A DNA stretch of 64,000 nt from Phoronis australis (taxonomy: Eukaryota > Animalia > Phoronida): the NCBI GenBank assembly GCA_002633005.1, contig NMRA01000127.1, forward strand, positions 380,438-444,437, read 5' to 3'. The notes beneath the pieces are model-generated. The model was given only the letters and a program-made list of their open reading frames with translations. It made no database searches and was not told the origin of the DNA. Positions 36,511 to 48,300 of this stretch are shown piece by piece (the first letter of the stretch is position 1; each line of letters starts with the position of its first letter). A program made the position numbers and the translations under genes.

Positions 36511-38884
36511 CTGGTCGCCCACATCTATTCCATGTGTTAAGTGTTGAAAATCAGTTAAGGCAACATCTCTAATGTGTTTTCAAGTTATGTTTGTGATGGT
36601 GTGGTGGTGGATCCAGGCTGTTCCATAGGGACCCAGTGATTATTCGGTCTTGGATTTCTGGTATATTGTGTTATTTGTTATCTGGGATACTTTTTCTAGG
36701 CACTTAAAGTTATACTGAGTGCTTCTATGCCAGGTCAAAGTGCCCAACTTTGATACAATAAACAAGAAGCTATTTTCTTAAGCCAATAATGACATCTATG
36801 AGCTCTTACTAACACTAATTGCAACTCTCATAATAACTTGAGCTGGATTGCAAGATTAGTGTTGTTTAGAAGTAATGTAGAAAGATGTTAACGGACTCTT
36901 TAAAGAGTTGAAGCATTGGTAGATTTAGTTTGCCAGGGAGTCCCCTATAATATGGATTCCCTATTTTAGTATAGTATTTAGATTACACTTGGAGTTTTGT
37001 GGGTTTGAGTGGGCAGCTCCGCAGGAAATTAAACTTACGGCAACTCACAAAGATAGTTGCCAAAATTGTCATTTTTCTAATTTTCTATGGCTGATTAGTT
37101 TCTGCCCGTGATGCAAACTTTACCAAATGTTGTTTTATGACATTTTACGCAGTACAGAGTAAGCTGAAATTTAGACTGAAATTTATGAATGTGTAAATTT
37201 TTAACCACTGTGGAAATATAAATTGCAAAAATTTTTACGTCTGGCCAACAGGTGGCGTGCGGACCAGACTTGAAAATGTTTATGAGACTAAAATTTTCTT
37301 GATCTTTATTTTTGTGGAGAAATTTGACAAAACAGAATTTCACTTGTCGACCATCTTGTGTGCTAAATAGATGAAGAATTACCGCGACCTCAGTTACAAG
37401 TGGCGGATCCAGGGCTAGTTTTGAAGCCCCTTTTGAACTTTGACTTGGAGCTCCCAGTGAGTTGTAACTATTGTGTGGCAGGTACTTAAGTGTCTCAAAA
37501 TTTGGGAAAATTTGTGTCTATAAGTCAGAGTTGAGAAATGTACCAGCATATCTGTTTTGGTGTGTTTATGCTCGATTGTAAAATGGCCAAGTTTTGATGC
37601 TGGATCAAAGATCTCTTCACTCTTCCTGAATGTGGTGTTGTTATGTGTGCGTTATGGTGTGATTACTTGTTTACGAACCCATGGATTTCTTTGTCAAAAG
37701 CCAAAGGAACATGACAAACTCCCTGTTTTTGGAGGTTTAAAATTGCCAACATAAATGATGATGTGAACGGTGTGTAAGAATACATCTTAGAACAAACTTT
37801 CAATTGGGCGCGACAAATGTTGTTTTTCCGCGCATAATTCGTTGCTCCTGATGTATTAAAAAGTTTCTCGCATACTTGAAGTATAGCTAATTGTGGTTGA
37901 AACAACAGAGTTGAAGTGTACCCATCGTGCTGCTAACAAGTGCGCTGATGCGAGAACAATCACCCCATCTACGACATTATTTTGCAAGCATATGCGCATG
38001 CATCAGTTGGAGACTGCTGCTGAAGAGCAACAAAAAGCAACGTTTTAATATCTTTAATATCCGCGCACTTCTGATTCATGCCGGCAACATGGCTGGAGAG
38101 CATTGAAAATCTGTCTTATTGATTTCTCACTCTCTAATCCTTTTAATGTTGATTTCATTTCAAGAAGGCATACATAGTTTGTTAGCAGTGCAATGTCCTC
38201 ATAAAACATTCTCAGGCAGATTAACTGGCTAGTTAATAAACAAGTTGTGCTCTTTTTTATCAATAGCTGTGAGGTAGTTTGGACAGGGCTAATAGTATCT
38301 GGTTAGCTTGATATTATTTCAATAGCCATTTTTGGATGTAGCTATCTTATAATGAAATATGCTTGGTAAGTAGATGGCGATAGGGTAGCTGATGGACATC
38401 ATTCTGCATTCTTGTGTCTACAGCTTTAATGTAGTGGGATGTTTTTCAATGTTTTTTACACGCTCTTTGTGACCCAGGTGCTGTCAAATTTCCACTGTTG
38501 TGTGATGTGATATTCAAACGATTAACTCAAAAATGTCCAACGTCTTGAAATGTTAGTGAGAAATTATGTTTCGCCCCTGTCACCTCGACCTGTTTTACAC
38601 ACCAAAATTAGAGAGTAAAAAAAAAACACTTTTGTGCTCTAACATTGCTAAAGAGGAGTTATCCGTTGGACGTTTCATTTTCTGAGCTGGGTAGTGAAGT
38701 GCATGTAATTCATTTCGAGTTCAGCATGGATCTGCAGTGCAGTGACGCTACACTCTTACTGGTCATTGTTTTCCATGCAAAATAGCTGTTCTAAATATTG
38801 AATTAGTAACACAGTTACTAATTTTAGTATCGCAACCGTATAACCTTTTGCAGAATACTTACGAATTTTCTTTTTTCTTTTCAG

Positions 38885-38958
38885 TTCCCTGCCCGTGTGG
38901 AGAGAGTCGTAAACTTGATATTGCATAGGAAGTCTGGAGATTTGGAAGAGATTTTGAG
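38885..38958 (+). other. Candidate exon (74 nt), probably UTR
   Basis: Strong acceptor TTTTCTTTTTTCTTTTCAG| and donor GAG|GTAAAT, with a purine-rich body. One frame is open (FPARVERVVNLILHRKSGDLEEIL) but I do not recognise it, and there is no ATG. Confidence 0.55.
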
Positions 38959-39199
38959 GTAAATATTATTTAAATTAAAATGTACTGAATAAAAGCAGTT
39001 AAATATCTGTCGTGCGTTCAGTAACGCTAGGACCTACGCTATGACCTAGCTGAAATCTAGCTAAAGTCACGTGTTCTCATTTAAAATACACAGCAATATC
39101 TCACGTAATCTCGCACTCTTGCTTTTTAGCGAGGTGCTAGCATTACTGAACGGTTGGCTGGTTCTGTAGGTGATTTTCCTAAACCAGCCTTAGTGGAGA

Positions 39200-39488
39200 A
39201 TTGAACCTGGAACCCCCCACAGTGGCAGCCAAACAGGTGGAAGCTAAACCCCACTGGATAAATGGCAGTGTATTTGAAGCATAGTTAACGGGTAAAGTCT
39301 CCGGCGTTGATTTCAGTGAATGTTGGGCAGACAATGGCGAGAACTGACGATTTTTAATGAAACCACAAAAACAACTTGTTGTTTCTATCGCTGTGGTGAA
39401 AGCTAATAATACTGAGAGGTCTATCTTCTTCAACTGTAATCCCTTACATGTGTATATTTTGGCTGTGAAACCAGGACGTCCTTTTACG
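39200..39488 (+). repeat. Dispersed repeat family C, copy 1
   Basis: TTGATTTCAGTGAATGTTGGGCAGACAATGGCGAGAA...CACAAAAACAA...TTCAACTGTAATCCC...TTGGCTGTGAAACC matches 45060-45330. Confidence 0.75.
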
Positions 39489-40212
39489 ATGATACGTGGG
39501 TGGTAACTTTTTGGCGCGGGTTTAGTGCTTCATTATCTAAAATTTAGGCATTTTTTGTTTTTAGAGGGCCTTTTTCTCTCTTTGGTGACATCTCACCAAT
39601 TTCGGGCAAATATAATTGCGAAAATGACGCTTTTTCATGTTCATTTTTCAGGGGATTCTAATATTGTTCTGCTTGCTTACAATTTTCCCAAAATCTTGTG
39701 GGAGCTGTAGTACAAAGCTTGAACATTCAAAATCATTCGGTTTTCTATATGTTTCACTTAAAAACGATAAAATATAATACCAATTGTCAGCCATTTTTTC
39801 CTAAATCGATGAGATTTTACCTTAGCTGGTTAATTTTTCCAACCGTTGTCTTCTAAAAATAGTGGCCAACTTCAAGAAGTATTGTGCTGAACTAAAACGC
39901 AGCACGAGCGATCGTTATCCTTAGAGACCAACGTCTAATTCTTCAGCATTGCCATTTGGTCGCCAAGTCTGCTATCTTGTATTCATGCGTAAATTAAGAC
40001 AATTTAGAAGTGTTTTGTTTTAGCGCACGCTATTAAGCGTTCCTCCCTACATCCGAGGCAGGTGTTTTTTTAAGTGGGGAGCATGCTCCACATTCCTGCT
40101 TGTTCCATTGGTAATTTGAGCGCTGTGCATGGCCACAAACTAGTCTGACTATTAGTTGGAAGGATACTTCTGACAGCTAATGCTTCACCAGCCTGCTCTA
40201 CAATACTACCTT

Positions 40213-40760
40213 GGTTATGCGGAGCCTTATGAACAAGTCGGTGTATTTACCCGAATTATATGCAAACCTATAGATTGTAACTTGGCAAAGGTATGCATTT
40301 TCTGAAAGTAAAAAGCATGCAAATTTAATCTTTGACTTTTTACCAATCTGCCATTAATTGGGTCCCTTGACCATGTTTTTGGTGAAATTTAGCAAGTTAA
40401 AAAAGAAAGGTACATTCATAGCAAAACGATGTTGTCGATTACATGACCAAGTTTCTTTTGATATAATTGCTCAAGATAAAATGTCGAAAATACTGATACA
40501 GTTTTCAAAATTGTCATTTCATTTTGCATTGGTGCAACGTACGAGTTTTTTCATGAAAACCATTAAAGTCCCACTTTTGATAGCCAGCCCCTCATGCAAA
40601 TGTGGAACATTTTAAAAACAAATTCCTGGCAGAGTTTTAGGGGATCACTGCATATAACATCATATCTGAAAGTTTGCTATGAATCTAATAAGCCATAACT
40701 GAGATACAAGGTTACAAAGTTAGTCAAATTTGAGCTTTTGTTCAGGGTTCTACCCATCTT
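40213..40760 (+). mobile_element. Near-full-length diverged family A MITE
   Basis: Starts GGTTATGCGGAG. Core TTTTTCATGAAAACCATTAAAGTCCCACTTTTGATAGCC...CATGCAAATGTGGAACATTTTAAAAACA...TATCTGAAAGTTTGCTATGAATC. Ends GGGTTCTACCCATCT followed by TTAA. Confidence 0.7.
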
Positions 40761-43700
40761 TAAGCACTGACCAAAACGATGCCGTCAAAGTTAGAAACCC
40801 TATGCATAATCTAAATGTCACCCGAATTTGTTTGTAAACTCCGCAATAACAATTGCTCTTAATTTAGGTTAACAATCCAATGAATTTGTAGATTTTAAAT
40901 AAAAATACTGAAGTAGTTAGTCTGTAGCTGTAATACCGGCTTGTGCCACGTAGATGTGTATTTTTGCTCATACACTTGCAGTCAACGCGCACAAACCGTG
41001 GGGAGTCGCAGAAACAAAAACCTTGCTCTGTGGTAGGTCGAAGGTGCTGAGTGGATCTACTCAAATTCTCCTTTCCACCCAGGCCCTTCAAAATAATGCT
41101 AAAAACATCTTTGGCTGGCTGCCCTGTATTTACATCCCATTGTTTTAGTCTGACTGGTGTCAATGTCAGGTGTACGTTTCGCCCTTTCTCTGTCCCTGGC
41201 GTTTCCGCTGTGTTGATGTCTGGTTTTTGACTTAACATTTTCAACAGTTCTAGAAAAACAGCAAGACCTGTCTTTGGTGGTGTTGTTTTAAAAGCTCTGT
41301 GCCCGCGGCTTTTTGCCAGCTTCCCTAACCAGTGGAAAACAACTGTGCGATATTATAACTGGGAACTCAAAATTCACCGAGTGTCTCAGGTTAAGCACGG
41401 GACCATCCCATTTTTTGTTGGTTATCTTCATTCGTATATTTATTGGATCATTGGTGTTTTCTTGGTGTTTATTTCCTTTGCTGAATTGAAAGTGATACAC
41501 ATCGCAAGTTGCCATCCCGTTCGAATTTTAGTTAAGAGGTTCAACTCAAACTGGTAGCTGAAATTCTCATTCCTGTAAATGTTCTCAGTTCAGTTTGCAT
41601 CAGTGGAATTTTGTTTTGTCAAAATTCATTTTGAGAAAATCTTATTTAGAATTGTGTGTACTGTTCTGCTATCATAGAACAAAATATATAAAAGTTCATT
41701 TTTTAGCACTTTGAAGTACAAACCTGGGGCTTTTGGTAGATATTTGTCTTCCATATGACCATATGCCTGGATTGGCATACAATTTCATTATTCATTTAAC
41801 TAGAACTTCTGCAATGCCCGTAGCTCTTGTAAAAAGCTGAATCCCCTCTTTTGTGATCAGAGTCTCAAATCTCCAACTCGAGCGTTTGACGACTTAAGCG
41901 GTGTTTTATCAGTTTATCATTAGCCAATAATACACGAGATTCTGATTTTTGACGAAGAACTCGAGTTCTTTCAAAGTGAACAGTGACGTTTGTTTGACGA
42001 AAGGGACAACAATGAAGTTGAAGACTATGGGCTGGAGCGTGTTCGCTTGATCGGGTTGTAATGGCTTTTGCTCAGTCGGCAGTTCTTGGGTCTGAACCAG
42101 ATGTTGGTCTGAGCGTGACTGGAGTCTAAATGGGATGTGGGTCTGTGACATGAGACTGAGCGTGACGTGGGCCTCCAACAAGTTGAGGTCGTAAACTTGA
42201 GTGGAAATCTAGAAAAATGTTTAGCTTACTGTTCATTTTGTGTTGTGAAAACGTTTTGACAGATTTGAAGTGATTGCCAATAAAAATACCGACGCAAACG
42301 TTGGAGGATTCCCCTGAACATTCATTGCCAGTACATTCTTATAACACATGATGCACCAAGGTTTTTAGCTTACTAGGGTCACATTGTGAATGGACAATAA
42401 TTTGTGGAAGGAATTAGTAATCCAGGTAGTGAAATGTTTTATTAGCATCGACTCAAGGATTTGTACTTTAAGGGTGCAAGCAATGTTTGAAAATGGAAAA
42501 TCTCAATTTAAGTGTTAATTTCCGTACAAAGTTAAAAGTACGTTATTGTACTAGGACTTCTAATAACTGAAGCCTGAAGAACTCATTGCGGGAGCCTGCT
42601 GTCGTGGTTGATGCTAGTGACCTCTGGAGGAAATGTATCAATACACTGATAGTTTCCCCGTTAACAGTGGGTGGTATGTGCCTAAGCCTAAACACCCAGG
42701 ATTTATGAGATTCTTGTTGACTGCTAATGTTCTCTGAGAGGATGTCTACCAAAAAGGTTATTTGGTTGATCAATGCGGTTAGTATTGGAAATCTAGGTTT
42801 CAACTCATTACTTAGAAAAAACATCAACATATTTTCAGCTTCATCGTTATTGTTGACAAAAGCATGGAATTCCAGGATTACCTAAGTTTAGCGAGAACTT
42901 ATTTTATTCACTTCAACGATCAATTTGATGGAAGCGCAAGTAACTGGAGCAATTACCCAGACATTTAGGGCAGCAGTGACACCTGTTGGGAAATTTGTAT
43001 AGCATACACGTCAGGTATTAAATCTAAAAACACAATATGGCCGACACCTGAATTTTATCCAAGTTGTTTTGTAGAAGTCAAATAACTCCAAATTGGATGT
43101 AACGTAACTGACATCTGACAATATTTTGATATGTTTTGGCATTCACAGCCATGTTAGAAAACCTTGGAAAATTATTGAGGCCAGTTTTGGCAATTATTTT
43201 TGTCTGCATTTAGTGAACCTTAAATAATTATTAGACGCACTCTGGCTTTGTCTCTTATAGTTTCTTAGAGTCAGGATTGGACGTGAACACAATTTGAAAA
43301 TTTTCTAACAAAATAATCAAAGATTGTCGCTAAATATTTTCAGTTTCTTGTCAAATTGAAAATATTGTCAGTATTAAAAATTGATCTCCACTCAATAAGT
43401 GCAAAACTCGTTGGCCGTATCATGGTTTCATATCCGCTGTTTGAATATCGGCCGAGTTCAAATATAATAAGAGTACAAGTATAAATTCGTACTCATTATC
43501 TCTTGATGATTTATTGATTTTCTAGCTGAAGGATTATTCAAATTAGACAACCTGCATCAATGTTTGTAGGCAGTACTGCAATGGCCACTCCAATAGTGTG
43601 AGTGTAGTCAAGTTCGATTATTGCTACTACTACAGCTTTTCCTGGGTGGACTGTTTATTCAAATAGTCGTCATAGTACCTACACTTGAAGCACTCATAGT

Positions 43701-44148
43701 TCAGTTGTTTTTATGCCGGTTTAGTTGTCGAATATCGCCTTAACAAAGCTGTCAAATTGCTTGTTCTGGAAAAAAATGGAATACTAGGTGAACTTAATTG
43801 TCTATTTGAGTACGCATTTTGAATAATGTTTTTACGTTGGATTTTCTGTTTAACTTGGATGTAAAATTCGTTTGATTGTTTGTAATCTGGTTGTTATCTT
43901 TTCAACTACATGTGATGACTGTTTTGATAACTGTTTTCATTGTCGGCTCTGTTTTATCATCATTTTTATCACTATCACCTAATTTGATTATTTCCTGCTT
44001 TGCAGTCAGACCTTTCAAAACTGGCTACGAAATCAGACATTCTTTATCTTTGTTGTCCAGGTAGTTCTTGAAATTAGACAAAATACGTAGAACAGTTTGA
44101 CTGAACCTTGTATTTAATTTCTCCCTCTCCCTGTTTACCCCCCCCCCA

Positions 44149-44372
44149 NNNNNNNNNNNNNNNNNNNNNNNNNNNNNNNNNNNNNNNNNNNNNNNNNNNN
44201 NNNNNNNNNNNNNNNNNNNNNNNNNNNNNNNNNNNNNNNNNNNNNNNNNNNNNNNNNNNNNNNNNNNNNNNNNNNNNNNNNNNNNNNNNNNNNNNNNNNN
44301 NNNNNNNNNNNNNNNNNNNNNNNNNNNNNNNNNNNNNNNNNNNNNNNNNNNNNNNNNNNNNNNNNNNNNNNN
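44149..44372. other. Assembly gap (N run) flanked by C/CT-rich low-complexity sequence
   Basis: Run of Ns read directly. Confidence 1.
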
Positions 44373-44809
44373 TCTCTTTCTCTCCCCCACCCTCTACCTC
44401 TGTCTTCAACTTACAGTACAATGTTAGTGGTGGTGTTTAGCTAACTCACTTGATTACGCTCTCTACAGTAGACAGACCAGTGAAATTACTTAGCATATCA
44501 TTTCAAATAGTAATCAATAATCACTGTATGTTTCGTAACTTATCTTGTTGTAGATGTCAATCAAGGTTACATCCATTTAGCACTATTGTCTCAAATCCAC
44601 CTTTGTTTTTATGTAATTAATTTTTTCAGACAACAACAAATACTTGAAACCATGCGACAGTTTTTCTGTTTGTCAAAAGATACACGTTGAATCATTTTTC
44701 AGTGCAAGAATGATTGACTTGATGATTCACACCGTTGGTTGGTTCATGATGATGTTTAACCAATAAGTTACTACGGCACTTTCATACAAAATTAATAGGC
44801 AAGTTAAAT

Positions 44810-44995
44810 TGATCATTGCATGTTTCAAAGTATTCTTACACTGTGGGAATGCCCACAATTTCTCAAAATGCTGTCTGATTGTAAGCATGATGTAGATCTT
44901 ATAATAGGCATTTGTATGATGCCAATTATCTTCTGCCACCTTAGTATGTCCAAAATTATCAAGATTTTACGGTAACCAGTTTCTAAGGAGATTTT
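44810..44995 (-). pseudogene. Probable PIF/Harbinger DDE transposase remnant
   Basis: Minus strand LETGYRKI / DNFGHTK...TIRQHFEKLWAFPQCKNTLKHAMI resembles Harbinger 'TG..YR...FG..K...I...FE..W.FP.C.GA.DGKH..I'. The GAxDG catalytic motif itself is eroded. Confidence 0.45.
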
Positions 44996-45059
44996 GTCAC
45001 ATTTAGTGCATACTACCTTGCTTAAGGTGACATTATCCACGTTCAGCCTTCCTGCATAA

Positions 45060-45326
45060 TCAAACCGGGAACCCCGGCGTTGCAATATAACGCTCTTCTG
45101 GCAGAACTAAATCCTAGTCAAACCTTATATAACTGGTAAAGCCACCACCCTTGATTTCAGCGAATGTCTGGCAGACAACGGCGAGAATTTTTGATTTATA
45201 ATAAAATCACAAAAACAAGTTTTATTGTTTTATTGCTCTAGTCAAAGTTAATAACCTCGAGAAGTCTATCCCGTTCAACAGTAACCCCAACATTGCTTTT
45301 TTGGCCGTAAAACCGATAATGTTCCT
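45060..45326 (+). repeat. Dispersed repeat family C, copy 2, ending in a Kolobok-like terminus
   Basis: Homologous to 39200-39488. Ends GTTCCT followed by TTAA (45327-45330). Confidence 0.7.
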
Positions 45327-48300
45327 TTAAATCGGTGCCTTCAGGACCGGGGGAGGGGGGGGGGAGGGAGCAACAACTTATCCGAGTGACAACTTATACG
45401 CATCTATTGCCTTGTATGGGCATGTACTTGGGTATTGAATGAAGAGTGATTGATGACTGTATGTATTCTGACTAGGTACCTGATGACAAGTTAAGTGAGA
45501 TTGTGTGTATAGATAATTGAGCAGTACCAAAACTGTTTTTTAGTATTCCTCGCGAATACATTAGGCAAAACTACAGAGAATAAGTGATGGCGTTGCTAAA
45601 CAGATGGCGTCACTGCATTACTGTGTCATGGGAAAGTTGCGTTGCTTTTTGTCCATCTTGGCAATTTTTGGTGCTTTCAGAGTTTGTCAGTATACGCTAT
45701 AGTTACTTTGCTTATAATGTTATTTGACTGGTAGTAAAACTGAAGCTGCTATAAGTCATCCGTCTATCAAAAGTGGGGATTTAGATCGCTCTCCATTATA
45801 AAAATGATCTGAAATTCTTCTCGGCTGAAATTAGAAGTAATTTGTGGGCTTAGAGAGAACACTGAAATTGGAGACCAGACTTGGATTATATTTGGTTGTG
45901 TGCTGTCTAAATCAAGTCAGTTTTTGACTGAAGAAGTGCGAGTGCACGGCGGCTTTAACTGATTTCAGCTCCACCTAGTGGTAAATCTGGGTAGCGTCAA
46001 TGCTATATTCCCAGTCCTCATCAATGTACTGCTTGCCAACACGTCGTTTGAACATTAATTTTTAATAGTGTAAAAGTGGTGTAAAGACTGAAGCACAGCG
46101 CCATCACTAGACATTAAGATGAAATAACAGCGACTAGAAAACTGGAGTTTTTTATTCAGTTTCTGCAAAATCAATATTTGTCAAAGAGCATTTGCTTTTA
46201 TGGTTTGTACCTGGTAGGCCGCACGTTTTCAATTCCGTTCTGCATTTACTTTTCGTTTTTGTTCATAAAAGTTTTATCATGATTGCAATGCTGTTCCTCG
46301 CAGTGCAGTAAAGTCTCATCCTTTTCCTGAAGCTTTCAAAAGCTGCTAACATTGTTGTTGGTGTCCATTGCTTGATGCAACATAGTCTGATGGCAGCTGT
46401 GGTGCAGACTATGAACACTGAAAAGCATTACTTTGATGCTACTGATCAGTTAATGAAAAATATGTCAAACAGAAATTTCACTTGTCTGCATTCTTGTGTT
46501 ATGAACTGGTAAGATTTTTTCATTTATGCATTCCAAAATGCAATAATTCTCCACTTATTTTGTGCAAAAATAATTGCCAATATTGTAATTTTTTTCATTT
46601 TTCAAAGACTGACTACCTTGCTGAAAACATTGGGAGCTGTACCACCTATTGTTTAACGACATCTTGACAACCCAAACTAAGCTAACAATGTACTAAAATT
46701 TCCTTAACCTTTGCTTTTGTAGAAAATCTTACAAAATATAATTTCACCATTTGTGCTAAACAGATGAAGAATTATTGTATAGTACTTTTCATAATCAAAC
46801 TAGGCAATTTCAAACTTGACTCACAAAACCTGCACTTTTGACTAGAACTCATTTCAGCTGGGGCTAGATCGCATGAAAATCTCGATGGTTGTTGCGTCAC
46901 GCAATTCGCCCGAAATTGCCATTGGTAAGAGAAGAGTAGTCGGCTAGTTGTAGCAGCAGTAAATTTCCACAAAAATTGCATTTCATTGCAACAAAACTTG
47001 GATTAAACTGCCAAATAATTCTGGCAAGAAGTTTTTCAGTCTGTCAACGGATCTGTCCAAGTCTATCTAGTTTATTTTAAGAACAACTCAACTTGTGTTT
47101 ACAAGATACCACTAAAATGTTTGTGATTACATCCATTTCACACAAACACAACAAGTCTCAAGCCTCCCTGTTGCCCAGTAGCATGCACTGTGAAATGAGC
47201 CAATAATCATCTGCCACTGTAAAGAAAGGCCAGTCCATAGAGTCTATTATTTACTGTGTACTTTATACTCAGCCTTGAACAAATAACCACTCTTAACATG
47301 TTTCCAGTTCTTGTATTGTGTAACAGTGCAGTGAATTAAAGAACATATAATCATAGCAGTGTAGACTAACTGCTCCATGGGGGCAATTATGGTAATTCTA
47401 ACACCCAATATGGCTACAAGTGATTGTCTGATTTTTCAACTAAATTGATGATTAAGAAGAGTTTACTTCTTTGTTTGCTGATTTGTACATGGGCAGCCTA
47501 GCACTAAATAAAGTGTGGGGCTATAGCCCCCAGCCCCTATGGTGTGCCGCCCTTTTGTGTACTGTGTCCGTATCAAAACAACATCTTGTAGAGTTTCCAC
47601 TTTTTCAAATTAGGTGATCAGGCTTTGAAAATGACAAAGGTGAGATTTTGACAATTATTTGTGGACGAAATAAATGAAGAATTACCATTGTATACAATAA
47701 TTTGACTTGGTCCCCTGCAGTGCTGAGGAAAGAGTCTGGGAGTGATGAGAGTGACACGTTAAATTCTATGACGATAAGTGAATTGTGGACTATGATTAAG
47801 CAAATGTGGTGATTTAGAAAAATGATAGGGGTTAAAAACAAGAGGTCATTATTTGCATTCTTAAAGGTATGCAGTGCCGGTGAAAAATGGCCAAATTTGG
47901 CTGATTTCGGAACATATCTCAGAAGTGGCAGTTTGGTAACGAGTCAAAAATCAAATTCTATAGACCTTCTTCTTTTAGAAAATACGTATATCTCCTGAGT
48001 TAAAATCTATGATTTTTAGTTATTTTGCTAAATACCCTAACTTGTTGATAAGTTACAACACAACCTCAGAACCTTAATGCCCTAACAATGTGCTATGTTG
48101 GTTTAAATTTCTTATAACTGAAGTCAAAAACAAGTTTTACAGCGTATGCTTATGGGAACTTCAAACTTAATTAACAAACATAAACCAATTTTCAGAATTA
48201 TTCTCAAATTTGTGTTACAAATATCATATCGCTGATATTTAGTTCCAAGCCACTTAGTGTGGATAAAATTGATAAATATTGTTTTACATGTGCTCACAAG

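Noticed and set aside
44025-44440. ORFs of 110-121 aa
   Set aside because: They span the N gap and are artefacts.
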